A stretch of DNA of 64,000 nt from Phoronis australis (lineage: Eukaryota > Animalia > Phoronida): the NCBI GenBank assembly GCA_002633005.1, contig NMRA01000072.1, forward strand, positions 206,952 through 270,951, written 5' to 3'. The stretch's first letter is position 1. Each line of letters opens with the position of its first letter. Under the pieces are notes generated by a model. It did not search any database, was not told where the DNA came from, and saw only the letters and a program-made list of their open reading frames with translations. The position numbers and the translations under genes were made by a program. This document shows, piece by piece, positions 1 to 11,069 of the stretch.

Positions 1-1145
1 GTGTGAATCATACAATACCAGTACAACCACGCTTTATAATATAAAATTGACACATGTAAAGGTTACCCCCTCTACGTTTTAGCTGGTTTGGTGGTGTATC
101 AAAGAATGATTAATGACCAGTTATAGTGTATATACTGACAATGTTGCTGGGGTTGTGGCCTTTTAATTGAACAGAGAATCTATACGGCAAATAATACTCA
201 AGTCCTTAGCAATTTTAAGTTTCTTAACTATTAAATGAAATCATGTAGTCAGTAAAACTCAAATACACATACAAGTGCTGTGCATGATGGATTACTCCTT
301 ATTTACTGTGGTGCTATTGAAGAAACGCCCATGCTTTTTTTCTGAATAGATTGAGAGCAGAAATCTGATCACCGGCTTGGGAGCAATCATGAGATAAGAG
401 TCCCCGTGTCCTAAATGCATGTATACAGGCAGGACCAGTGGTTCACTAGTCCCAGCTAGACAACTTTAAGATTCTCTCTAGTGCCAGCAAGACAACTTCA
501 AAATCCTCACTAGTGCCAGCTATACAACTTCAAGATCCTCACTATCAGTGAAGCATGATACTAAGTCTTGTTTTTTATTTTAAATCTTTATTTGTATACT
601 GTGATAAATCAGTGTAGTGCACTTAAGGCCAATAGTCTTGACTAAAACATCATATAGCGTATCTATTCCTAAGTCCATCACAGTCTAAGCGCCACTTTAT
701 TCCATGTTGAGCTTGTCATAGTCTGTGCCCTGTTCATACTCCTTCACTACACGTTCTGGTTCAGTCAGTTCAACACCACACTCCTCAACGGTCTTGTAGA
801 AAATGGCTGCCTGCAATAATGACACACACTTTCTATGAATCAAATTCATATGCAAACCACTAATTACATATATGGTACTGATTTGAATAATATTCTTCAT
901 TTGAGACTAAAATAATAGCTGAAATTACCATATTTACAAAGGCTCGTGTTGTTACTTACAAATGGGCAGATTCTACCACATGTTGATTGGTAACGGTAAC
1001 ATTTTCTGATGAAAGTTATTTCTGTCACGAAATGTGACGAATCAAAATAGAACTTTCATTTCCACCATGATGTGTCCTGTACTGAAGAATGGATTGAGTA
1101 ATATAAGCTTTTCCAAAACAGACACTAAGCTCTTACTTTGTAATG
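1..1145. repeat. Near-identical copy of 1721-2871, ending exactly at a single N (1146)
   Basis: Colinear with 1721-2871, with scattered SNPs and small indels. The copy stops at ...actttgtaatg|n. Confidence 0.92.
697..810 (-). CDS. MRPL18: Duplicate copy of the MRPL18 terminal coding exon (probably an allelic/assembly duplicate)
   Basis: ttgcag acceptor, then AAIFYKTVEECGVELTEPERVVKEYEQGTDYDKLNME*. One amino-acid difference (E/D) from the copy at 2423-2536. Confidence 0.6.
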   Translation of the reverse strand, partial: AAIFYKTVEECGVELTEPERVVKEYEQGTDYDKLNME

Positions 1146-2160
1146 NATGGAGACAGTTTGAGATTCATAGATCCTTATAATTGAAAAAAATGTTCATTGA
1201 AACTATAGACACATGGTGAACAGAGACACCTGGTGGCTGCCAAAAGTATTGCTCACAGGCTACTTTAGTTTTTGACAATATTGGACAAGACAACTAGTTC
1301 TTGTCTGTCAATCATCTAAGTTCTTAACAGGTCCTCCTGGAGGCAGTTTGTTTGCAAGTGTTGGATTTTATATTTTAACCTATTAAAAATAATTAAAAAA
1401 TTATGGGTCATGGGTTGGAGAAATAAATGAAAAGTATGGGCGGTGGGTACGAAATAAAAGTGCCTTCCCCCCCCTCCCATACAGATTTTGCTGGAACAGC
1501 CCTTACTGTGGCAACCAGAGTTGTAAGGATTATATGAATGCATGCAAGTTATTTTGCATCACAAACAAAATTGTGAACATGAAGTAGTTTGTCTCTTGTT
1601 TTGAGTGCAATCTATATTGCGAAAAAAATTAACTTTAAAATCTGTATCATTACAGTGATTTCACAAAGGCAAATGTGACTTTAATCAGTAAAATAATAAT
1701 TAAAATGGATGGGTGACATGGTGTGAATCATAAAATACCAGTGCAACCACGCTTATAAAATTGACACATGTAAAGGTTACCCCCTCTACGTTTAAGCTGG
1801 TTTGGTGGTGTATCAAAGAATGATTAATGACCAGTTATAGTGTATATACTGACAATGTTGCTGGCGTTGTGGTCTTTTAATTGAACAGAGAATCTAGGTG
1901 GCAAATAACACTCATGTCCTTAGCAATTTTAAGTTTCTTAACCATTAAACGAAATCATGTAGTCAGTAAAACTCAAATACACATACAAGTGCTGTGCATG
2001 ATGGATTACTCCTTATTTACTGTGGTGCTATTGAAGAAACGCCCATGCTTTTTTTCTGAATTGATTGAGAGCAGAAATCTGATCACCGGCTTGGGAGCAA
2101 TCATGAGATAAGAGTCCCCGTGTCCTAAATGCATGTATACAGGCAGGACCAGTGGTTCAC

Positions 2161-2257
2161 TAGTCCCAGCTAGACAACTTCAAGATTCTCTCTAGTGCCA
2201 GCAAGACAACTTCAAAATCCTCACTAGTGCCAGCTATACAACTTCAAGATCCTCACT
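2161..2257. repeat. 32-bp tandem repeat x3 (also at ~447-543 in the duplicate)
   Basis: Three tagtgccagctagacaacttcaagatcctcac-like units. Confidence 0.8.
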
Positions 2258-2422
2258 ATCAATGAAGCATGATACTAAGTCTTGTTTTTTATTTTAAATC
2301 TTTACTGGTATACTGTGATAAATCGGTGTAGTGCACTTATGGCCAATAAGGCTATTCACAGTCTCGACTAAAACATCATCCAGCGTATCTATTCCTAAGT
2401 CCATCACAGTCTAAGCGCCACT

Positions 2423-5400
2423 TTATTCCATGTTGAGCTTATCATAGTCCGTGCCCTGTTCATACTCCTTCACTACACGTTCTGGTTCAGTCAGTTCAAC
2501 ACCACACTCGTCAACGGTCTTGTAGAAAATGGCTGCCTGCAATAATGACACGCACTTTCTATGAATCAAATTCAAATGCAAACCACTAATTACAGATATG
2601 GTACTGATTTGAATAATATTCTTCATTTGAGACTAAAATAATAGCTAAAATTACCATATTTACAAAGGCTCGTGTTGTTACTTACAAATGGGCAGATTTC
2701 ACCACATGTTGATTGGTAACGGTAACATTTTCTGATGAAAGTTATTTCTGTCACGAAATGTGACGAATCAAAATAGAACTTTCATTTCCACCATGATGTG
2801 TCCTGTACTGAAGAATGGATTGAGTAATATAAGCTTTTCCAAAACAGACCCTAAGCTCTTACTTTGTAATGTCATATCCATTTAACTCATTTTTAGTACA
2901 ATTTTTAAGCATTGTAAACACTACAGTTTAAATTCTTTAAAATCCAAATGAAATCGAATTAAAATTCTTTAAGTAAAATCTGAATATAATACTCACTAAC
3001 ATTTGGATTGTGACACTCACATAGCAAACACTGACATCTTTGATTTTGAGTCATCTATTTGTGAATGCTAACGCACTTTAACCAAGTAAGAAACTAAAAT
3101 ATTTATTAGTAGAAGACAATTTACTGTTCAAACTTCCACCTTCAACAAGAAAAAAAATAGTGCAGTTGGTCTGATACACGTTGCATCAGATGTGCGCAAG
3201 CCGCTCCGTCCATTGCACCAAATGCAAAAAACCATTTCATTTATCAATAAACAGATACTTAGACATACACAGAAATTAAGACCCGAGTTGAACGGCCAGA
3301 GACCTGACTCAAAGGTCTAGCAGTGGGATCCACCGAGATATGAATATACGACCTTGTGAACAAGAGAGGGACACTCAACCCACTAGGCCACACTGCCTCC
3401 TTCAACAAGAATGCCCAAAAATCTGTTAACAGTCAATTTTTACCTTCTTGGACTGACTTATCATGTGGTCATCTAAATAGGCGTACACTTGTGTTATTCC
3501 AGCTTCGAGACACCTTTTGGCCACAATCCGTCCCATGTTTTCCGCCGCTGATAAGTCAGTTGTGCTGAATAGAAAAAACAAGATAAGACCGTTACTTCTT
3601 GGACACCAAAGGCAGTGTAATGGTTACTTTTTACTCAACAGAAAAACTGGTCAGTTACAGGTCAGCCCAGAACCAGCTTTCTTCACAAAATAATGAGGAG
3701 CAACTGGTTCTCACAATCCGGGACCCCTCTAAGTACCTAAAACTGTAGAACTTGTTTAAGTCAGATCTTTACTCAACTCGCACAAAGTTTGACAGTACAG
3801 TTTCTCAAGTTCTTGAACTCAGCCCTTCAGAAGTAGGGTTTTACATTACCCGAACTAAATCTCTCAGACCAGTTGGATTAGACGTTGAGAGTTTTACTGA
3901 TTAAGCTTAATTTTACTGACAGAACCAGACTGAATTCCAGCTGAATTCTGGCACACCTGCTTGGTACGATTTTTTGTGACAGTTAATCTTCATTAGCAGA
4001 GATTGTTTCTTCAAATGTCCTTAACTTTGACTTTTAGTTGTCAACACATGAAACCACATATCTTTCAAGTCCTTGATAATCAAAACAAACAAGCAACACA
4101 GGAAAATTTATTCCATTGCCTTACTCATGAGAGGTAATTAATATGGGGGGACAATTAGATTGCATAAGAGGGACAGATTACAAAAGTACTACCAACTGCT
4201 TACACATTTTTATAAAAAATGTAGAATTTTTTGCACATGTACATACGCTAAAGTTTCACTTGAAGGCAAAGGCAGCTCTCCACAGTGTACGCGCACTTAT
4301 CTTAAACTGGGTTCTTTGTGTGTCTGTGGTACAATTCTAAATACTTTTCATTTGAAAACTAACTGTAAAATCAAGAACAAGGTAGCATTGCATAGAACAA
4401 GTTTCTCGCAAGAAAAGTAAGACCTTGTAAAATCACGGGAAGGAAAGGTGAGTGTGTCACAAGTATGCTCAGTAACTTCCTAGCCTACTGTATTCCAGCA
4501 GAATGGCGGCCACTCAAATGATTGGTAGGAGAGGTTGGAATGATGAATAATTGAATTCATAAATTATGAGGCAAAACTCACTGTTTCTCATGAATAAGCA
4601 ATCATGGTTTCTTGAAGCAACTGCAAGCTCATGTTTTGAAAAGCAGTCCAAATCAACATATTCTATTATATTGTAATGATACAGTCTGATCCAGCGGACA
4701 GGTGCAAGGAGTATGGACCCCACTATTTATAGACAACTGCTGGGCGCTGAGGCCACACCTGTCCACTAAATTTCAGTATCGGTTTTTGATACAAAATTCT
4801 TTTCAGAAACCGAATCATTTTACTTGGACCTCCCCTTTCACAATAAGCTCGAACCTGCCTTTGAATGAGCAAATCAAGCTTCATCCACATGCTCTTGCTT
4901 ACTCCTTGCTTTAATCAAGAGTTTCTCATAAAGGCATATGTCCCAAAATATGAATATAAACACAGCTTTGTATATACAGGCATGTGGCTCTAAACATGTA
5001 CACCTGCACCCCTTACCTGTATAGGTGTTTCATTATGGCCTCTTCAGAGGTACTGGCCATCACCACTCTCTTGCCAGTACAGTGTTCAACGTAGGCATGG
5101 ATGTTCCTATTTGTGATCTTCAATATCAACCTGTAGTGGTGGGTGAAACATGATTAGATACTCAATAAAGTCTCCCACTGCTAGGTTAAAATACTGAATG
5201 GGGTTAGTTAAGTTTTATTCTCTAACGACTTTCTATAACTTATGAATATCCCGAAATATTAGTACCATTTTAAATTCCTGGAGCCCGTTCCAAGAAACTG
5301 ACTTAACTTCATCACGCTGTGACAAACCAACTTGTAAGAGTCTGGGACCCATTCCAAGAAACTGACTAGTTTATTTTTGACTTATGTCTAAGACTTGTCT

Positions 5401-8400
5401 ACACTTCCAAGCTTTGAAACTTCCACATCCGGTAATTTTAGTCAAATTAAGAAAAAACATAAGCCAAACTTAAGATCTCTTTCTTGAAACAGAAATGAGA
5501 AAAATCTAAGTTTGACCTTAAAATTTACTGAAATTCAAGATTTTAAAGTCAGTTTTCTTAGAACGGGTCTCTGTACGGTGGATATCATCCTACAATATTT
5601 TGGAAAACCTGTTGTCACTCTCAACAATGTTAAACAATAAAAAGTGTTGGAAAAATGATAAAGGGACAATTAAGGTATTGACTCAAGTAAATTGTGCGAA
5701 AAATGTTTAGTTACATTTTCAAAGCTACAACTTTTTCACCTTGAATAGAATTTACCTCAAAGAACAGAAAGCCAAAGATGCAAAACTATTTTCATAAAGC
5801 CAGCTCTCATTATGCATTCGAGTTCATGTACATTAATATAAACCTACAAAGTGATATTTGAATATTGCTACACAGATATTGATAACGTTTTTGACATTAT
5901 TGTGCTTAGACCATTAAAGCCCTTCTCAATGGTTCTTCAAAAGTTTAGAATTTCAATTCATCAATTTCATAACCTCCAAATGCCAAGCATTTTCCAAAAA
6001 AACATAATTTAGAATGGAAAAGGCAACCTGTTAGTGTGAATGATAAAGACCGTGTTCAGGTGAGCAATTTTTATAAGGCAAACTGGACATCTGATCAGAA
6101 GGAAGACTCTTAAAACAAGTTTTCTCAAGTCACTCTACCTGTCATCCTGTGAGTAATTAATGGACAATCACGCGTGATCACCAAGGATGAACAGAGTCTT
6201 AGAACATGAACCCTGTCATTGGAATGTAGGCTTCTCACGGCAAGAAGACTGATCTGCTTTCTAATTTAGGGTTGGCAACAAGATGGCAGATCAAAAGTCT
6301 GACCAGCATTCATATGCAAAATGTTTTTCAGGTAGCAGATCAGATGTCCGATCTACCTACAGATCGTTCAACGTGTGAATGCTTTATTATTGATTTGAAC
6401 TCACTTGTGGTAGTAATTCTTTGGAGGATACTGAAACTGCCAACCCTCCCGCTTCTCTGCAATGCCTAGAAATTCTAAGTTTCTGGAAGAGAAAATTGCA
6501 TACTGTCATCTACAAAGTGACAAACAGATGGAACAAAGGAAAAAATGTCAGAAGAAAAAACCAAGTTTAATTTCAGAAAAGCTAGGCCATGTAAAATCAC
6601 GCGAATGAAAGTTGAGTATTAGTGAGTATGCTCCAAATCTCGCGACATGGCAGCCACTGAAGCAATTGGTCGGTGAGGTAGGAATGTTGAACCATGGGAC
6701 AAATTTCAGGATTTGAGAATTCACTGTTTTTGTTCCACAAGATTTCTCACCGCATGTGCATAACAAATGTCTTGGGTGTAGGAGCGCAGTTTCCGACTTT
6801 AACTGAGAATGAAATACTACTAGGTTCATGACCTACATGCTGTATCAATTTTAATTGAGCGTCGCTTTCTCATACTGACCGCAAATAGGATAATCTAAGC
6901 AACAGCTCTTGAATTGTTAGATCACACTCAATGGAAAATGTCTTACTGAAAATTCAATATAACAAAAAGACTGTGGTATTGAAGCAAGCATACTACCTGG
7001 GGTTACGGTTGATGAAGTATGGGTTCACCTTGAGGTCTTTATTATCAACAACATCACTGGAGAACGAATGTTTGGGCTGACCTGCAATAGTTCACAGCAA
7101 TTATTGATTAAGGTAAGATTTTACAGTTATTCAGTTTTGATGCATTGGATAAATGTTCATATAGTAACTTAACAATCACATAAACCGGATCCAACCAGAC
7201 AGCAAGATTTCATCCCACTATGGTTAAATCGGACTTACCTGAATGACCTACATGTAGTATACAAACTGGAACAAGCATTCCCTGAACTTCGTCCACATTA
7301 AGAGAAAATCCGACTTATGCATGTTAGGGTCCAAGAGTTTTATTCTACTGCATACCGGTGCATTGTCAGAACCTCTAAAACATCCACGAGATAAGTCTTA
7401 CTCTACAGGTAACTGTCTGCAGTGAGACATCTGGTAGACTGTATAAAGGGTGCTTAATTCACACAGCCTGCAATCAATTGCTCTTTGCCTGATAGTTTAA
7501 GGCATTGGCTCTTGAGCCAGAGGATGTGGGTTCAGTTTCCAGCCAAGACCGAGGGAAGTACTTATGTTACAGTGAAACCTCACAACAAACTAACTGCCAA
7601 ATGGATCTTTTTCAATTCTTCGAAGGCTCCTACTGTTGTTTGGGATGCTCACAATTTAACAAATTTTGCCTAGTGGTAGATATGATAAAAAATAAAAGCA
7701 TTTGTTTAGGGCTAACCACATTTTATGAAAATGAAAACAATCACTTGCCTGTCATATTGAGAAGATTTTACCATATTTATGTAAGTGACTGAACAACATT
7801 TGCAAGCAGAAAATCTCAAACATTGAAGCTTCGCCAATTTGACAACTCAAAATACCCTTAAATTTCATCCACCATTTACGAAAATTCTCAAAAAAGCATT
7901 CTAAAATGACATGATAAGGATAGCACTTAGAAAGGATGATGTGACTTGGGGCTTTTCATTGACTTACACTCAGTCACTTACAGTACCAGAGTGTACATTA
8001 TTATAACATTCAAATATTCCGATAGGTTGACGTTGAGAAATACATCAATATACTGCTCCAACTGTTGACAAATGCCTTTGAGGCTGAAACTAAGAACAAA
8101 TTAATTCAATGCATTCCAAAACATTTTGTATACTGTGACTCGCTTTAAGTGCTGCGTACCTGCATTTCATTGAAGAAGCGGACTTTTAATTTAGACCACA
8201 TAATACTACAAAATTGGATTCAACTAGTTCCTTACAATGACGAAAAATTATTTCTGGGTTTGCAAAGAAGTTTGTGAATCTTTGGGATCAAGTTCAGCGC
8301 AGCCACAAATGACAGTTTGACAAACGAACTTATACTACACCTGGTCTGATCAGTGCTGATCCCAAGCAATAACGAGTTAAGTTCAGCACAAGTCGGATAT

Positions 8401-9712
8401 AATGGACCCTGACTGAGAGAACCAGGCAATCACTAAATAACAGCCCCGTTATTTAGTGGATGAAACTGGTTCTCTTCAGGGTCCATTATATCCGACTTGT
8501 GCCCTAAGTTCTTTCAAAGCCCTGAAATATTTATAGAGTTGACCAAGGATAAATTTGCGAACAACTTTATAACTCTAAGTGGTCTAAAACAAAATTAAGC
8601 AAGTACGCACGCACGCACACAGGGATTTCTGCGTGTTGACTGTTGCATGGGCAGCTGCAGCACTGAAAAAAGTGGGAGGCTATAGCCCAACCCAGCCCCC
8701 TTGTGGTGCACTGCCCATAGACCATTGGTGGAGCAGCACTGAAAAAGTGGGGCTATAGCCCCCACAGCCCCTTATGGAGCCCATGTGTTGTTCATCTTTT
8801 CACTGAGCACCGCCGGCCTGTACAGCCCTGGACCAGTTGGCGCTATATGAGTATGACAAATGGTGTGCGACGAAAACTACTGGTGGTAATGTTCGTTGAA
8901 TGAGCAGCAACATTCGTTGTTTTTAACCCGACTCATTTTCAAAGATAAAAACTTACTGAACAAAAGACTTGGACACCGAGTAATTCGCGTTGTACAAGAG
9001 AAGCAATTAGTGTCTAGCAAAGCAGGAGAAATTCGTCGCAAACTCGCACCAAAAGCATTCATTTTTAATCTTTGATGTGTGATTGAAACGATAGTTTGGT
9101 ACGAAAATAATTAAACCTATTTATATATTTTGTGTTTTTTAGGCATGGATAAATACTTACGGTTCGTAAAATTAAAAACATGTCTACAAAATTTATAGTT
9201 TTGTTTTGTGTTCGGGTGTTTTACTGTAGTGCAAAGACAATAACAGAGAATCAGTAGCATAGCCCTGTACGCCTCATATCCTGTTCCGGTGAAACATGTG
9301 TCGGGAACCGATATCTAGGTTTTTTTTTGTTTAAGCAGGTTAACAACTCCGACCCATAAAACTTAGATTGTTTTCTCACCAGTTACAACACGATTATATC
9401 TGTATTTCGTTTCACCTGTTCACCTCATGCTCTTAGTTGAAGATTCAGAGGTGGTGCAGGTTACAAACTGGTGGCGGTGCGTGAGAAAAACTGGGGGAGT
9501 GGTGTAGTGGATTTCGCCATTTCGCCGCAGAGCAAGATTTTTGTGACGCAAGTCAGATCACGCGAGTGCAAGGTGAATGTTTCATTGAACTATCTTGTTA
9601 GCCCTACCTTGTGTTGTCATGTTGATTTTCTGTTCTAATGAGAAAGACGTATCCTGCTGGAACATATCGTCCGGTTACCTATTTTCGTCAGGCTCCAAAG
9701 TTCGTCCGCCAT
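2423..9712 (-). CDS. MRPL18: Mitochondrial ribosomal protein L18 (uL18m), spliced; first coding exon uncertain
   Basis: Phase-consistent GT-AG exons 7081-6997, 6482-6405, 5130-5017, 3564-3444 and 2536-2423. They translate to ...VNPYFINRNPRNLEFLGIAEKREGWQFQYPPKNYYHKLILKITNRNIHAYVEHCTGKRVVMASTSEEAIMKHLYSTTDLSAAENMGRIVAKRCLEAGIT..., matching the uL18m signatures NRNPRNLE, ASTxExAI and RCLEAGI. Candidate phase-1 first exons are 9712-9679 or 9665-9608. Confidence 0.93.
3152..3400 (-). mobile_element. tRNA-derived SINE with target-site duplication
   Basis: Head GGAGGCAGTGTGGCCTAGTGG (A box) with a degenerate B box; tail ...cagaccaactgcactatttttt. Flanked by direct repeat ttcaacaagaa (3141-3151 and 3401-3411). 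Homologous copy at 43978-44231. Confidence 0.8.
4426..4620. repeat. Dispersed repeat, diverged copy at ~6590-6790
   Basis: Shared blocks tgtaaaatcacg...agtatgctc...atggc(a/g)gccact...attggt...ggaatg. Confidence 0.6.
5345..5570. mobile_element. MITE (PIF/Harbinger-like) with ~23-bp TIRs
   Basis: TIRs ggacccattccaagaaactgact / agtcagttttcttagaacgggtct, with CTG on both flanks. Extra TIR copy at ~5279. Superfamily assignment is inference. Confidence 0.6.
8386..8502. repeat. ~117-bp hairpin/palindrome (foldback MITE-like)
   Basis: Perfect 27-bp outer arms gcacaagtcggatataatggaccctga / tcagggtccattatatccgacttgtgc, plus inner arms gagaaccag and cactaaataac. Related core at ~3669-3712. Confidence 0.85.
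8646..8785. repeat. Two tandem copies of a short element
   Basis: gcagcactgaaaaagtggg...gctatagccc...cagcccc occurs twice, bounded by catgggc...gcccatg. Confidence 0.6.
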
Positions 9713-9835
9713 CTTGTTTCGCGTGCAGCGCAACCACGCGGGACTTAACGTTCCAATTTGGAGTGCTCGTCTTCACGTTAGGTACTAACCTCTCGGGAGA
9801 AACACGTATCAAAGTAATGAGACAAAAATCGGTGA
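9600..9835. promoter_or_regulatory. Putative bidirectional promoter shared by MRPL18 (-) and NLE1 (+)
   Basis: Locally CpG-rich. YY1-like AAGATGGCGG on the minus strand (9706-9715) and TCTCGGGAGA (9791-9800, one mismatch to TCTCGCGAGA). Outward-facing donors at 9678/9607 (-) and 9832 (+). Confidence 0.6.
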
Positions 9836-11069
9836 GTTTACCGATTGTTTTTTAAAACCACTTAAAAATCAGTAGATTTTACTAATACACTTTTTTGTGC
9901 GTTTTCAGAAGATGTTTTCGAATTTAAATTTTCTTCCGACGGGACACAAAACATGATCCAGGGTTTGTTTATGCAATGTATCTGTTTGTCCCAGGCACTA
10001 GTAGGATCTAGAAGGCCAAAGGAAAAATCCGCAGACAAATGCGATACGCTGGGTTCTTAACATTTTTGCCTCACGTTCACCATTAAACTGCATTGAAATG
10101 TTGTCCAATTGGCTTTTATTGGAAACCACAGTGCAGAGCTCAACATCAAAACTTCAAATCGAGTTTATGTCAATAAAAACAGGCTGTTGCAATTTTCATT
10201 ACTTCGTTGGCCTTTTTCTGCATGTTTCTCAGTTTTTACAAAAGGGGGCAGCATATGACGAACTTAGGTGTCACAATAAAATGGCTGCCGAAGGCAGTGC
10301 ACATTTGAAATAACTCGGCACAAATTAAAGAAAACTTCCGAATCGATGAATGCGGTATATCTGTGAGAGTTAAATCGAATCCTATTCAGATCATAACTTT
10401 GAAGTGGAATAATTCGGTGAGTACAACAGCAAGTCGGTTTTATGCTTAGGCGGACGAACATTGGGTTCCCCAGTATACATAGCCTAGCCCTGCCACTAGG
10501 GGCCTAGGGCCTAGGCAGTATCCAATACTCAGCTCTTAAACAGAGCTGAAGGTCCACCGGAGGTCTTTTCACCACGTGGTAAGATCGATATAAACCATAA
10601 GAATGGGAGTAGAATTCATATTCAGTGTGTTGGTACTAATCAAATCAAATTCCCTTGTCATGTTTAGAAAACTGCAAACGGTCTTATCAGTTATATTTCG
10701 CCTCTTTACCTTCCTCTAACAACAGCAAATCAAATCATGTGCCATTTTCTGCGCTTAATTTTTTAACCTAATGATATTTCACTGATTAAAATTACTACAC
10801 TCTTGTATCAACAATATTCATTAGTATGAGTTTTTAGAAACGAAATTCAGTACCCTGCACAAACTACGTTGTGTCTCAGATTCGACAAAAGCCTCGTCAT
10901 ACAGAAGAACACTCAGGAAGGGGTCATTTATGAACATAAATGGCTATTGGTTTACATTGGTTGTCATAAATAAATGAAATAATGAGTACTCAAGGAGATG
11001 TCAAATGATATTGTGATCTACAAGCAGCAGATTTAATGAACTTTGGACGTATTCCTTATTTCAGCCAAG

